This document shows, piece after piece, positions 1 to 9,634 of a DNA stretch of 48,005 bases. Under the pieces are notes generated by a model. That model was not told the origin of the DNA. It searched no databases and saw only the letters and a list, made by a program, of their open reading frames with translations. The position numbers were made by a program, and so were the translations under genes. Source of the stretch: Acidimicrobiia bacterium (lineage in GTDB: Bacteria; Actinomycetota; Acidimicrobiia; Spongiisociales; ZC4RG35). The stretch lies in assembly GCA_040878225.1 (NCBI GenBank), contig JBBDMR010000165.1:1-48005 (forward strand), written 5' to 3'. Each line of letters begins with the position of its first letter. Position 1 is the stretch's first letter.

Positions 1-561
1 TTCGCTGACGATGCAATGCAGTACTCCAAGCAGTTGTATGCCGCTGCGATGCGGATGACCCGCAATCCGGCGGACGCCGAAGACCTGGTCCAGGAGACCT
101 TCCTCAAGGCTTATCGCGCCTATGACAGCTTCACCGCCGGGACCAATCTCAAGGCGTGGTTGTACCGGATCCTGACCAACACCTACATCAACAAGTACCG
201 CAAAGCAGCGCGCCGTCCCGACGAGGTGGATCTCGGCGACGTCGAGGACCTTTACCTGTATCGGCGCATCGGGTCCGAGGAGTCGGCCGAGGCGTCAAGA
301 ACGACCGAGGACAGAGTGCTCGACGGGCTCGTCGAGTCAGACATCAAGAGGGCAGTGGAGAGTCTTCCCGAGAACTTCCGTATCCCCGTTTTGCTCGCCG
401 ATCTCGAGGGTCTGTCGTATCAGGAGATCGCCGACATCCTCGATGTCCCGATCGGGACTGTGATGTCCAGGCTGCATCGTGGAAGAAAAGCGATGCAGAA
501 AACGTTGTGGGAGTTTGCAAGCACACGCGGACTACTCCCGGAGAATGCGGAGAGGCCATGA
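1..561 (+). CDS. sigH: ECF sigma factor, SigH/SigR-like; 5' end runs off the window
   Basis: Frame is open from nt 1. The sigma-70 region 2 string '[17 protein letters not shown]...[17 protein letters not shown]' and region 4 string '[23 protein letters not shown]' closely resemble mycobacterial SigH. The stop overlaps the next gene's start (ATGA at 558-561). Confidence 0.85.
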   Translation, partial: FADDAMQYSKQLYAAAMRMTRNPADAEDLVQETFLKAYRAYDSFTAGTNLKAWLYRILTNTYINKYRKAARRPDEVDLGDVEDLYLYRRIGSEESAEASRTTEDRVLDGLVESDIKRAVESLPENFRIPVLLADLEGLSYQEIADILDVPIGTVMSRLHRGRKAMQKTLWEFASTRGLLPENAERP

Positions 562-827
562 CGGACAACGACTGCGTCGACACCGGCGCGCACAACTGTG
601 ACGAAGCCCTGGAACGTCTCTACGAATATCTCGATGAAGAGATGGACCAGGCGACGGCGGACGGCATCAGGTCTCATCTCGAGGGCTGCAGCCCATGCAC
701 CAGCGGTTTCGACTTCGAGCGCCGGCTGAAGGTCGTAGTCAGGGTGCGACTGTCGGAGGAAGTCCCCGATGCCTTCCTCATCAAGTTACGGAAGGCCCTC
801 GATGACGAGGCCGCCCATCGTCGATAG
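558..827 (+). CDS. rshA: Zinc-associated anti-sigma factor (RshA/RsrA family)
   Basis: Carries the ZAS motif H-x3-C-x2-C ('HLEGCSPC') plus an upstream Cys. Small protein translationally coupled to sigH. The longer track ORF from 156 is rejected because its 5' part is out of frame inside sigH. Confidence 0.85.
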   Translation: MTDNDCVDTGAHNCDEALERLYEYLDEEMDQATADGIRSHLEGCSPCTSGFDFERRLKVVVRVRLSEEVPDAFLIKLRKALDDEAAHRR

Positions 828-891
828 CGGTTCGGCCCCCGATACGCGCAAGGTTCGACTCAGGTCGCAGGCGTGGGTATTCTGAACACTG

Positions 892-1200
892 ATGACGAAA
901 TCCGCTCGCTTCGCTTCCCTCTTCCTCGCAACCATGCTGGCGGTGGTCTTTCTCGCCCTGCCGGTGTTAGCCACAGAGGGAGACGACCCCGAAGAGGTCG
1001 GGGAAACCCCCCCGATCACAACTGATATCAGCCCCGCCGTCGAGGTGACCACCCCTCCACCCGACATTGCCGCGGCTGACTGGACCTATCGCTACCTCGT
1101 CCCGACGGGAATCGCCCTGGCCATCCTGGTCGTCATCGCGACCACCGGGCAGTACTTCACCAATGTGGTGAGGAAGCGATACCGAATCGTCGAAGAGTGA
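892..1200 (+). CDS. Small secreted/membrane-anchored hypothetical protein
   Basis: N-terminal signal-like hydrophobic segment, a Pro/Thr/Glu-rich linker, a C-terminal TM helix and a basic tail. GTGA overlap with the next gene. Confidence 0.5.
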   Translation: MTKSARFASLFLATMLAVVFLALPVLATEGDDPEEVGETPPITTDISPAVEVTTPPPDIAAADWTYRYLVPTGIALAILVVIATTGQYFTNVVRKRYRIVEE

Positions 1201-2222
1201 CCGCGGAGTCGTCTCAGGCAAGCGGTATCGCCGGACGGATTGCGGGCCAGTATCCCCTCGCCGCCACCTATCACTTTGCAGCTCTCGAAGCCGACATGGC
1301 GAGGATCACTCCTATCGTCTCCGAGCTCGTCGCCGCAGGTACCGGCCTCGCCCTGACCGGGACGCCGAGCACCAATGTCATCGAGCGCACCGAATGGGTG
1401 GAGCGGAACCTCGCCAGCTTCAAACACCTGGTCGAGCCCGCCACACGCAGGCTCACCGAGTCCAGGGGTGAAGCACAGACCGCAAACGTCGAGAAGTTGG
1501 TCGACAGGGAGAGCAGTGCGCTGCTCGGCGTCTTATCCCGGAGGGTGCTCGGCCAGTACGAACTAGTTTTGCCGACCGGTGAGGACGGCGACAGCGTCGT
1601 CTATGTGGGACCGAACCTCTTGCAGATGGAACGAATCCATCAGTTCCGGCCTTCGGAGTTCCGTTTCTGGGTCGCTCTGCACGAGTTGACCCACCGTGCC
1701 CAGTTCACGGGAGTTCCCTGGCTCCGCGGCTACTTTCGCGGCCTGGTCGAGGAGCTTGTCCAGGCTTCCGGCCCGGAGCCTGGACGGCTCGGGGCAATCG
1801 TCGGTGAAGTGATCGACCGGCGCCGTAGAGGGGAGCCGTTGATCGACGAAAGAGGGATCTTCGGCCTGGTGGCCACCTCGGAGCAGACCGAGATCGTCAA
1901 CCGGGTCCAGGCACTGATGACGGTGCTCGAAGGCCACGGCCACTACGTGATGGACAGGATCGGGGCCGACCACCTCAAATCCCAGGCGAGGATGAGCCGG
2001 GTCCTGAAGGAACGGAGGAAGGACAAGAGGACTGCCGCGTTCTTCCGGATTACCGGGCTCGAGATGAAGGTCAACCAATACGCAAAGGGCGAGCGATTCA
2101 TGAAGACAGTGGAACGCGAGGCGGGTTGGAGTGCAGTCAACCTGGCTTTCCGGGGGGCGGGGTCGCTTCCAACCCTCGACGAGATCGAGAGCCCGAAATT
2201 GTGGCTGAGCCGCGTCGCCTGA
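1197..2222 (+). CDS. Zinc-dependent metalloprotease-like protein (DUF2342-type, HExxH)
   Basis: Contains the motif 'ALHELTHRAQF'. Its position directly upstream of tilS matches what I recall for actinobacteria. Confidence 0.72.
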   Translation: MTAESSQASGIAGRIAGQYPLAATYHFAALEADMARITPIVSELVAAGTGLALTGTPSTNVIERTEWVERNLASFKHLVEPATRRLTESRGEAQTANVEKLVDRESSALLGVLSRRVLGQYELVLPTGEDGDSVVYVGPNLLQMERIHQFRPSEFRFWVALHELTHRAQFTGVPWLRGYFRGLVEELVQASGPEPGRLGAIVGEVIDRRRRGEPLIDERGIFGLVATSEQTEIVNRVQALMTVLEGHGHYVMDRIGADHLKSQARMSRVLKERRKDKRTAAFFRITGLEMKVNQYAKGERFMKTVEREAGWSAVNLAFRGAGSLPTLDEIESPKLWLSRVA

Positions 2223-3142
2223 AGGAACTTGCCGACGCAATCAACCAGCGGGCGCGTTTTCCGGCGGAACCCCACGTAGTAGCCCTTTCGGGGGGTGCAG
2301 ACTCTGCGGCCCTCGCTTTCATAGCTGACCTGGATTCGCGCACCAAGCCGCGCTGTGTCCATGTTCACCACGGGCTCCCGGCCTCCGACAGACTGGCTGA
2401 GGCAGCCCGGGAAATCGCTGAGATGCTGGATATGGCATGCGACGTGGTCAGCGTCGACGTGCCGGAAGGGCCTTCACCTGAGGCCATGGCCCGGGAGGTT
2501 CGCTACCGGGAGCTCGAAAGTGCAGTAGCCCGAGATGAAAACCTGCTGCTGGGGCATACCCGAAACGATCAGGCGGAGACTGTGCTGCTCAACCTGATTC
2601 GCGGTGCCGGCCTCAGGGGCCTCTCCGGCATGCCGTATCAGCGCACTTCGCGGATGTACCGCCCCTTTCTCGACGTGTTCCGGGAGGAGACCCGGGAGCT
2701 GGCCACTCTCCACGCCTTGCCTTTCGTTGACGATCCGACCAACACCGATCTCGAGCTGCGCCGCAACTTCGTGCGGCTCGAGCTGATGCCCCGTATGGAA
2801 GAGCTCAACCCGAACATGGTCGACTCCCTCGCTCGCACAGCGGAACATGTTCGGGGTGACTCCGAATTTCTCGACCAATTGCATCCCGCCCCGATAGCCA
2901 CCGACGGTGGAACTGCCCGGGTTGCCACCGGAATCCTCTTCACTCTCGACCCCCCGCTCAGAGCGCGGGCAATTGCAGCACTTGTCGGAACGTTCCGCGA
3001 GAAGGCCGCCGTCTCAGCCGCAGAGTTGGCCAGGGTCGCGGAGGTCTTGAGCGGTGCAAGCGCGGGTGCCGAGTTGGAAGGAGGGCTCACTGTCACCAAG
3101 CAGGGCGCCTATCTCGTCGTCACTCCGGGGGACGTGCGTTGA
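2201..3142 (+). CDS. tilS: tRNA(Ile)-lysidine synthetase
   Basis: PP-loop 'ALSGGADSAALAF'. GTG at 2201 is the last in-frame start before the motif. The ATG at 2126 would overlap the upstream gene by about 100 nt. Confidence 0.85.
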   Translation: MAEPRRLKELADAINQRARFPAEPHVVALSGGADSAALAFIADLDSRTKPRCVHVHHGLPASDRLAEAAREIAEMLDMACDVVSVDVPEGPSPEAMAREVRYRELESAVARDENLLLGHTRNDQAETVLLNLIRGAGLRGLSGMPYQRTSRMYRPFLDVFREETRELATLHALPFVDDPTNTDLELRRNFVRLELMPRMEELNPNMVDSLARTAEHVRGDSEFLDQLHPAPIATDGGTARVATGILFTLDPPLRARAIAALVGTFREKAAVSAAELARVAEVLSGASAGAELEGGLTVTKQGAYLVVTPGDVR

Positions 3143-3206
3143 CGGTTGGCAGAACACAGATAAATCGGGCTACCTTCTAAGCCTCACCGAACCTGAAAGT
3201 GCATCC

Positions 3207-3731
3207 ATGGCCATCAAACCCCTGATCACCACAGAGGAGATCGAAGCGAAACTCACAGAGTTGGGCGCTCAGATCACCGAAGACTACAAGGGGGAGAGTG
3301 TCCTGCTGGTGGGTGTGTTGCGCGGGGCTTTCATGGTCATGGCCGACCTCGCCCGCAAGATCGACCTTCCGGTGGAATTCGACTTCATGGCAGTCAGCTC
3401 TTACGGCGCATCAACTCAGACTTCCGGAGTGGTCCGGATCCTGAAGGATCTCGACGAAGAAATCGAGGGACGCCATGTACTCATCGTCGAGGACATCATC
3501 GACTCCGGCCTGACACTCAACTACCTGTTGAAGAGCCTCAAGGTGCGCAAGCCCGCTTCGCTGGAAATCGCCACCCTTCTCCTCAAGGAGGGGATCCAGC
3601 GGGTTCCGATTGACGTCAAGTACGTGGGTTTCGCCATCGGACCCGAGTTCGTGGTCGGTTATGGCCTCGACTACGCAGGTAAGTACCGGAACCTCCCCTA
3701 CGTCGGTGTGATGGGGCCCGAACTTCTCTGA
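3207..3731 (+). CDS. hpt: Hypoxanthine phosphoribosyltransferase
   Basis: PRPP-binding loop 'VLIVEDIIDSGLTL' and 'GVLRGAFMVMADL'. ATG at 3207 gives a typical ~174-aa length. The upstream extension to 3054 overlaps tilS. Confidence 0.9.
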   Translation: MAIKPLITTEEIEAKLTELGAQITEDYKGESVLLVGVLRGAFMVMADLARKIDLPVEFDFMAVSSYGASTQTSGVVRILKDLDEEIEGRHVLIVEDIIDSGLTLNYLLKSLKVRKPASLEIATLLLKEGIQRVPIDVKYVGFAIGPEFVVGYGLDYAGKYRNLPYVGVMGPELL

Positions 3732-3808
3732 TTCGGGGTTCGACTACGACGCTATCTGACGTAGCATTACGCCTACGAACCTTTTCTCAACCTTGAATCG
3801 AGGTAGTT

Positions 3809-5821
3809 GTGAACCGAACCCTGCGAACCCTGCTCATTTATGGGGTCTCCATAATCATGTTGGCCGTGGTGGCGCAGTGGTGGTTCGACACGGTTGCAGG
3901 CCCCGAGGAGGTCTCCCTTTCCGAATTCGTAACGACCATGGAAAGACGTGGGTTTGAGGAGGTCCAGTTCCTCGAGCGGTCCAACGAGATTCAGGGTCGG
4001 GTAGAAGGAACCACCTCCGATGCACCGGAAGGTGCGTGGGACCAGATCGCCCCCTACCCGGACGGTTTTGAAGGCGAGCTCACAGCAACTGCGATCGCCA
4101 CCGGGACCCCGGTTTCCGTCGACTCCCAGCCCCCCGGTTTCTTCGACTACTTGATCAGCTTCCTGCCGTGGTTGTTCCTACTCGGGTTCATGGTCTTCAT
4201 CTTCATGCAGATGCAAGGCGGCGGGAACCGCGTCATGCAGTTCGGAAAGTCGAAGGCAAAGCTAGTCGGCAAAGAGCAGCCAAAGGTCACCTTCGACGAC
4301 GTCGCCGGGCTCGAAGAGGCCAAGGAGGAGCTCGAAGAGATCAAGGACTTCCTCGCCAACCCGGACAAGTACCGCCAGATGGGGGCGAAGATCCCCAAGG
4401 GTGTCCTCCTGTTCGGCCCCCCGGGCACGGGTAAGACCCTGCTCGCCAAGGCAGTTGCCGGTGAGGCCGGTGTTCCGTTCATGACGATCTCCGGGTCCGA
4501 TTTCGTCGAAATGTTTGTCGGTGTCGGTGCGGCCAGAGTCCGTGACCTCTTCGAGCAGGCGAAAGCAACCGCGCCCGCCATCGTCTTCATCGACGAGATC
4601 GATGCAGTCGGGCGCCACCGTGGCGCCGGCCTCGGTGGTGGTCATGATGAGCGGGAACAGACACTGAACCAGCTGCTCGTCGAACTCGATGGTTTCGAAG
4701 GCAATTCCGGGGTAATCGTCATGGCCGCGACCAACCGGCCCGACATCCTCGACCCCGCCCTGCTCCGGCCGGGTCGGTTCGACCGGCAGATCGTTGTCGA
4801 TGCTCCCGATCTGGAAGGGCGGGCTGCCATCCTCGAAGTTCATTCCAAAGGCAAGCCGCTGGCCCCCGAGATCGACCTGATGGTCCTCGCCCGCCGCACC
4901 CCGGGCTTCACCGGAGCCGACCTCGCCAACCTCATCAACGAAGCTGCCCTGCTCACTGCACGCCGCAAGAAGAAGAAGATCGGCATGTCGGAGCTGGAAG
5001 AGGCAATCGAGCGGGTCATCGCCGGTCCGGAGCGCAAGTCGCGGGTCATGTCCGACGAAGAGAAGAAGTTGATCGCCTACCACGAGACGGGTCACGCCCT
5101 CGTCGGCTTCGCATTGCCGAACACCGACCCGGTGCACAAGGTGACAATCGTGGCCCGGGGACGTTCCCTCGGCCACACACTGGCGCTGCCCACCCACGAC
5201 CGCTATCTGATCCGCAGGTCAGAGCTCGTCGACCAGCTGGCGATGTTGCTCGGCGGCCGCACTGCCGAGGAGCTGATCTTCGCCGACCCGACCAGCGGCG
5301 CCGCCAACGACATCGAGAAGGCGACCCAGATCGCCCGCAAGATGGTCATGGAGTACGGGATGAGCGACAAGCTCGGCCCGATGCAGTACGGGAAGGCGAA
5401 CGGTGAGGTCTTCTTGGGCCGCGACTACTCCCGGCAACAGGACTACTCCGACGAGGTGGCTGCCTTCATCGACGAAGAGGTGAGGAAGATGATCAACGCA
5501 GCCCACGAGGAGGCACGTGTCATCTTGAGCCATCACCAGGAGGCCATGGAGCGGATGGTCGTCGAACTTCTCGAACACGAGACCGTCGATCGCGAGCGTG
5601 TCGCCGAGATCTTTTCGGACATTCCCAAGTGGGAGCACACCGAAAGCGGTTCGCTGCGAATCCGGTATCCGGAGAACCCGGTCCTGCCTCAGCCCCGCGA
5701 AGAAGAGCAGGTCGCTGCAGCCAAGAAGGCCGAGGAGCCCGAAGACGCCGAGGCCCCGAGCTCAGCGCGGGCCAAGAAGGGTTTTCGCCCGACCGGGCGC
5801 CCGGCAGACGCCGGCGCCTAG
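3809..5821 (+). CDS. ftsH: ATP-dependent zinc metalloprotease FtsH
   Basis: Two N-terminal TM segments, Walker A 'GPPGTGKT', the SRH region, the zinc site 'HETGHAL' and an acidic/basic C-terminal tail. Confidence 0.95.
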   Translation: MNRTLRTLLIYGVSIIMLAVVAQWWFDTVAGPEEVSLSEFVTTMERRGFEEVQFLERSNEIQGRVEGTTSDAPEGAWDQIAPYPDGFEGELTATAIATGTPVSVDSQPPGFFDYLISFLPWLFLLGFMVFIFMQMQGGGNRVMQFGKSKAKLVGKEQPKVTFDDVAGLEEAKEELEEIKDFLANPDKYRQMGAKIPKGVLLFGPPGTGKTLLAKAVAGEAGVPFMTISGSDFVEMFVGVGAARVRDLFEQAKATAPAIVFIDEIDAVGRHRGAGLGGGHDEREQTLNQLLVELDGFEGNSGVIVMAATNRPDILDPALLRPGRFDRQIVVDAPDLEGRAAILEVHSKGKPLAPEIDLMVLARRTPGFTGADLANLINEAALLTARRKKKKIGMSELEEAIERVIAGPERKSRVMSDEEKKLIAYHETGHALVGFALPNTDPVHKVTIVARGRSLGHTLALPTHDRYLIRRSELVDQLAMLLGGRTAEELIFADPTSGAANDIEKATQIARKMVMEYGMSDKLGPMQYGKANGEVFLGRDYSRQQDYSDEVAAFIDEEVRKMINAAHEEARVILSHHQEAMERMVVELLEHETVDRERVAEIFSDIPKWEHTESGSLRIRYPENPVLPQPREEEQVAAAKKAEEPEDAEAPSSARAKKGFRPTGRPADAGA

Positions 5822-5898
5822 TGGTCTGTCGGTCAAATAGGGCCGTCAGTAATTGGGCTACAGGCCACTAACACTCGCTACCCGATTCGGCTGTGGGG

Positions 5899-6678
5899 CT
5901 AGACCCTACGGACTTTGAGATCGCCGGAGACGAGTTTCACCTTGAGGTCCACCGTCCCCGCTGCCGTTGCATCGGAGGGCGTATCCCGGGGTTCGGGGAG
6001 GATGATTTCGCCGGACAGCGTGGTGGCCTCCACGTCGACACTGCTACCTGCAGGAAGCCCGATGTCGACCGAACCGGACATCGACTTGGCAGCAAAGTCG
6101 TCGCCGCCGAATCTACGGACCTGGACATCGCCGGACATCGTCGAGGTTATGACCGGCCCCGAGGCTTCGCCGATCTGGATGTCACCTGAAGCCGTGGAAA
6201 TCGAAGCGCGATCACCGATCGACTCGACGTGGAGGTCTCCCGACGCACTGACGAAGTGGAGTTTCCCGCTGACCTTGTGGCCGTGAACGTCGCCGCTTGC
6301 GGTCTTGACCGTCAGCTCTCCCGCGTCTGTGAATCGGATGTCGCCGGAGGCTGAGTTGACGTTGATCCGGGCCGAGGGCGGTTCGCACTCGAAGTCGGCG
6401 GAGGCGACATTGACGTCGATATCGATGCCTTCGGGGACTTCGATGGATAGGTATACGGATCGACCCACACCGATATGGATCCTTTTGGAGATCTGCGTCG
6501 AACGCGGCTCGGAAGACACCCAGACCGTGGAACCGTGTTGCTCAACGCTGAGATTGCCGGTGTCTCCCCGGCCACTGACCACGATGACGCCCTCCTGGCC
6601 CCGCTTGACCTCGACCTTCCCGGAAGCGATCCGCACGTCGAGAGCGCCGTCAGCGCCTACCTGAAATGACTTCTCCAT
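5899..6678 (-). CDS. DUF4097-type beta-strand-repeat protein (putative adhesin-like fold)
   Basis: Many repeats of 'SG[DES][IVL]' strands (SGDIRF, SGDVHG, SGDLHV, SGDIQI, SGDVQV, SGSVDI, SGEIIL). Its start overlaps the stop of the upstream gene by 1 nt. Confidence 0.7.
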   Translation of the reverse strand: MEKSFQVGADGALDVRIASGKVEVKRGQEGVIVVSGRGDTGNLSVEQHGSTVWVSSEPRSTQISKRIHIGVGRSVYLSIEVPEGIDIDVNVASADFECEPPSARINVNSASGDIRFTDAGELTVKTASGDVHGHKVSGKLHFVSASGDLHVESIGDRASISTASGDIQIGEASGPVITSTMSGDVQVRRFGGDDFAAKSMSGSVDIGLPAGSSVDVEATTLSGEIILPEPRDTPSDATAAGTVDLKVKLVSGDLKVRRV

Positions 6679-7145
6679 CAGAGCTGGATCTTGCGGTTGA
6701 CGGACTTCTTCGGATTTGTCGGCGGGGTAGCAGTGCGCAGGGCGTCCACGACATAGGAGTTCACCGAGTCACCAGCGTTCCGGGCCGCATCAGCGATTAT
6801 CTCCTTGAGATACCCGGGGATCCGCAAAGTGATCCTGGCCTCGTCGAATGCCTCGGCCTCAGGTGCGTCGGGCGCCTCGGGTGGTGGCGGCGGTGGGGGA
6901 GCGGCGGCCGTGGTCACGATCAGCTCCGGGTCGCCATCCACCAATCGGATTTCGACGGCCTGGCCGGTCAGCTGTGAGTTGATCTCGGCCAGTGCCGTCT
7001 CGACCACACGGAACAGCGTCTGTCGCACCGCGGGGTTGATCACCTCGAGCACGTCGCTGATCAAATCGACCTTCAGCGGGTCGGCGAAGCGGAGTTGGCT
7101 GTCGACCTGCTGTTCCAGTTCGACGAGTAGATGGTCTATTTGCAT
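6678..7145 (-). CDS. Hypothetical protein with poly-Pro linker and C-terminal ribbon-helix-helix (Arc/HicB-like) segment
   Basis: The C-terminal string 'ARITLRIPGYLKEIIADAARNAGDSVNSYVVDALR' looks like an RHH strand-helix-helix, preceded by 'PPPPPPPEAPDAPEAE'. Co-transcribed with the DUF4097 gene. Confidence 0.55.
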   Translation of the reverse strand: MQIDHLLVELEQQVDSQLRFADPLKVDLISDVLEVINPAVRQTLFRVVETALAEINSQLTGQAVEIRLVDGDPELIVTTAAAPPPPPPPEAPDAPEAEAFDEARITLRIPGYLKEIIADAARNAGDSVNSYVVDALRTATPPTNPKKSVNRKIQL

Positions 7146-7356
7146 GGGCCTATCACTTTGTGTTGCGGAAATGCCTGATGCGCTCGTTCAGTTGAGCTTC
7201 GAGGCTATCGGTGGATCGTATCCAGATCATTGGTCCTTCTCCTTTGTCTCTGTGATGCCGGTTTGACTGTCTTGTGACATCACTATGACATCATTATGCC
7301 GTCAAGCAGAGAGTTTGTCAAGGGGTCAGAAACAACAACAGGGTTAGGCTTGCCCG

Positions 7357-7947
7357 ATGGCAGATATCGATGAGGGCAAAGTAGATAAGGGCAGGATCGA
7401 AAAGGCAGTTCGGGAGATCCTCGAGGCGATCGGTGACGACCCCGATCGGGAAGGGCTCCGAGAGACACCCGAACGCGTCGCCCGTTTCTATGCCGAGGTC
7501 TTCTCGAACATCGGCAATGACCCCGGCGAAGTCGTCGACGCCTTCTTTGGCGACGAGCACTACCAGGAGATCGTCATCGTCCGCGAGATCCCGTTCTACT
7601 CGATGTGTGAGCACCATCTCGTTCCGTTCCACGGCCAGGCCCACGTCGGCTACATGCCCAGGGGACGGGTCACCGGATTGTCGAAGCTCGCCCGCTTGGT
7701 CGACGGTTTCGCCCGAAGGCCACAGATGCAGGAGCGGTTGACGGCACAGGTGGCGGACAGCCTATGTGAGCGTCTCGACCCGCTCGGGGTGATCGTGGTC
7801 ATCGAAGCAGAACATCTGTGCATGTCGATGCGCGGTGTACGCAAGCCAGGCGCCAAGACTGTCACCTCGGCTGTGCGCGGGGTTATGGAGTCGAACGCCA
7901 AGACCAGATCGGAGGCGATGGCGCTCCTGTTCGGAACCGGGAGGTAG
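7357..7947 (+). CDS. folE: GTP cyclohydrolase I
   Basis: Contains '[20 protein letters not shown]' and '[12 protein letters not shown]'. Confidence 0.92.
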   Translation: MADIDEGKVDKGRIEKAVREILEAIGDDPDREGLRETPERVARFYAEVFSNIGNDPGEVVDAFFGDEHYQEIVIVREIPFYSMCEHHLVPFHGQAHVGYMPRGRVTGLSKLARLVDGFARRPQMQERLTAQVADSLCERLDPLGVIVVIEAEHLCMSMRGVRKPGAKTVTSAVRGVMESNAKTRSEAMALLFGTGR

Positions 7948-7998
7948 GCCATCAGCGTCTGGAAGACCGGGTCGGCCGAGCACTCCCTGGACCGGGGG

Positions 7999-8808
7999 TT
8001 GCTGGTCGGGATCCTCAACGTCACGCCAGACTCGTTCTCCGACGGGGGCGACTTCCTCGATGTCGACGAAGCCGTTGCCGCCGGTGAGGCGATGATCTCC
8101 GAAGGGGCCACGATCATCGACGTTGGCGGGGAGTCGACCCGGCCGGGAGCCCGCACGGTTCCCGCCGTCGAAGAGGCCGATCGGGTGCTCCCTGTGGTCA
8201 AGGGCCTGGTCGATCGCGGTGTGCCCGTGAGCATCGACACATCGAAGCCGGAGGTGGCGGCACTCGCCATCGCCTCAGGTGCTTCCGTCATCAATGACGT
8301 CACGGGCTTCCGCAATCCCGACATGATCGACATCGCTGCGGTTTCCCGATCCGGTGTCGTGGTGATGCACATGCTCGGTGATCCCCGGACCATGCAGAAT
8401 GAGCCGCGCTACAACGACGTGGTCGACGAAGTGAAAGCCTTTGTCGTAGGTCAGGCGCTGCGTCTGGTCGACGCCGGCGTCGACCCATCCGCTGTGGTAA
8501 TCGACCCCGGTTTCGGTTTCGGAAAGACAACCCGCCACAATCTCGAACTCGTGAACCGGCTTGGGGAGATCGTTGCCTCCGGGTTTCCGGTGATGCTCGG
8601 AGCCTCACGCAAGTCGACCCTGAAGACGTTGACCGGCGAGGAAGACCCCAAGCGACGCGATGGGCACTCAGCAGTCCTGACCGCGATGGGCTTCGACCGC
8701 GGCGCCCGGCTATTTCGGGTACACGATGTGGGCCAATCCCGGGATGCGCTCAGGATTGCCGCCGCTATCGTGAACCCACAGAGATGGGAAGAATGGCAGC
8801 AGGACTAA
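7999..8808 (+). CDS. folP: Dihydropteroate synthase
   Basis: Contains 'GILNVTPDSFSDGG', 'IIDVGGESTRPG' and 'DPGFGFGK'. TTG start taken from the ORF track; the exact start is uncertain. Confidence 0.9.
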   Translation: MLVGILNVTPDSFSDGGDFLDVDEAVAAGEAMISEGATIIDVGGESTRPGARTVPAVEEADRVLPVVKGLVDRGVPVSIDTSKPEVAALAIASGASVINDVTGFRNPDMIDIAAVSRSGVVVMHMLGDPRTMQNEPRYNDVVDEVKAFVVGQALRLVDAGVDPSAVVIDPGFGFGKTTRHNLELVNRLGEIVASGFPVMLGASRKSTLKTLTGEEDPKRRDGHSAVLTAMGFDRGARLFRVHDVGQSRDALRIAAAIVNPQRWEEWQQD

Positions 8809-9275
8809 AGCCCCGGGGATTCACCTGGGTGATCAATGAGCGCCTGGCTGTTTCCGAGCGCGTCGGAGGATCAGGGTTCCAGCACCGGAAGGTGCGGCGG
8901 GAGGAGGAAATCACCTGGCTGGTGGAGGAGGCCCGGATCAACACGGTTGTCTCCATGCTCCCCGGAAACCAGAACGTGGCGGCCTACCGGGAGGCTGGCA
9001 TCGCAACCTACACGGTGCCTCTCAACGGCTCTCTCGGCCAACGCGACCAGATCGTCTTCTTCAAGACCCTCGACCTAGCCATGGCACGCAAGAAGTCCCG
9101 GGTGCTCGTCCATAGAGAGTCGGTCGACGATACGGTCGGTGGCCTGCTCGGCGGATTCCTGGTCAACTCCGGTCTGGTCGAAGACCCGATCCTTGCCCTT
9201 GCGGTCATACAGCAGATTCTGGGAAGGGCGCTGGGCCCGGAAGGTCGCTCGCTGATCCCCTCCGTCATGAGTTGA
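8784..9275 (+). CDS. Dual-specificity-phosphatase-like protein lacking the catalytic Cys/Arg (putative pseudophosphatase)
   Basis: DSP-like layout ('FTWVINERLAVS', 'INTVVSML', 'YTVPL'), but the P-loop position reads 'VLVHRESVDDTVGG' instead of HCxxGxxR. Overlaps the folP end and the folB start (ATGA). Confidence 0.55.
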   Translation: MGRMAAGLKPRGFTWVINERLAVSERVGGSGFQHRKVRREEEITWLVEEARINTVVSMLPGNQNVAAYREAGIATYTVPLNGSLGQRDQIVFFKTLDLAMARKKSRVLVHRESVDDTVGGLLGGFLVNSGLVEDPILALAVIQQILGRALGPEGRSLIPSVMS

Positions 9276-9634
9276 TGACCGACCGGATCCGCATTTCCGG
9301 TATCGAAGTGCTCGCCAGACACGGGGTCCTCGACTCCGAGAAGCAGAACGACCAGAAGTTCCTCATCGACCTCGACCTGACCCTCGATCTCGGTGCGGCC
9401 GCCGCCACCGATCGGCTGGAGGATACGGTCGACTACGGAGAGCTCTCGCAACGAACTCACGACTACGTGGCCTCCAACAGCTTTGACCTGATCGAGCGGC
9501 TCGCCCACGGCGTAGCCGACCTGGCGATGGAGTATCCGAAGGTGGAGGCTGTGGAAGTGACGGTCCACAAGCCCGATGCACCTATCGAAGTGCCGTTTGA
9601 AGATGTTTCGGTGACTGTCAGCCGGGAGAGATGA
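9272..9634 (+). CDS. folB: Dihydroneopterin aldolase
   Basis: 120 aa. The string 'RHGVLDSEKQNDQKFLIDLDL...DYGEL' is typical of FolB. Overlaps both neighbouring genes. Confidence 0.88.
   Translation: MMTDRIRISGIEVLARHGVLDSEKQNDQKFLIDLDLTLDLGAAAATDRLEDTVDYGELSQRTHDYVASNSFDLIERLAHGVADLAMEYPKVEAVEVTVHKPDAPIEVPFEDVSVTVSRER

Noticed and set aside
156-557. Upstream extensions of track ORFs (156-827; also 2126-2200, 3054-3206, 10487-10705, 31910-32305, 39921-40178)
   Set aside because: In each case the 5' part runs out of frame through, or antisense to, the preceding well-supported gene. Recognisable homology begins only at the internal start used in the feature table.
7263-7300. Promoter upstream of folE (TTGACT plus repeated 'tgacatca')
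   Set aside because: No -10 hexamer of TAnnnT type lies at 16-18 nt spacing from the TTGACT. The call would be guesswork.
7338-7358. IdeR-like iron box ('agGGTTAGGCTtgCCcgA') just upstream of folE
   Set aside because: It matches only about 12 of 19 consensus positions by my alignment and has poor dyad symmetry. It also overlaps the RBS/start region by chance composition.
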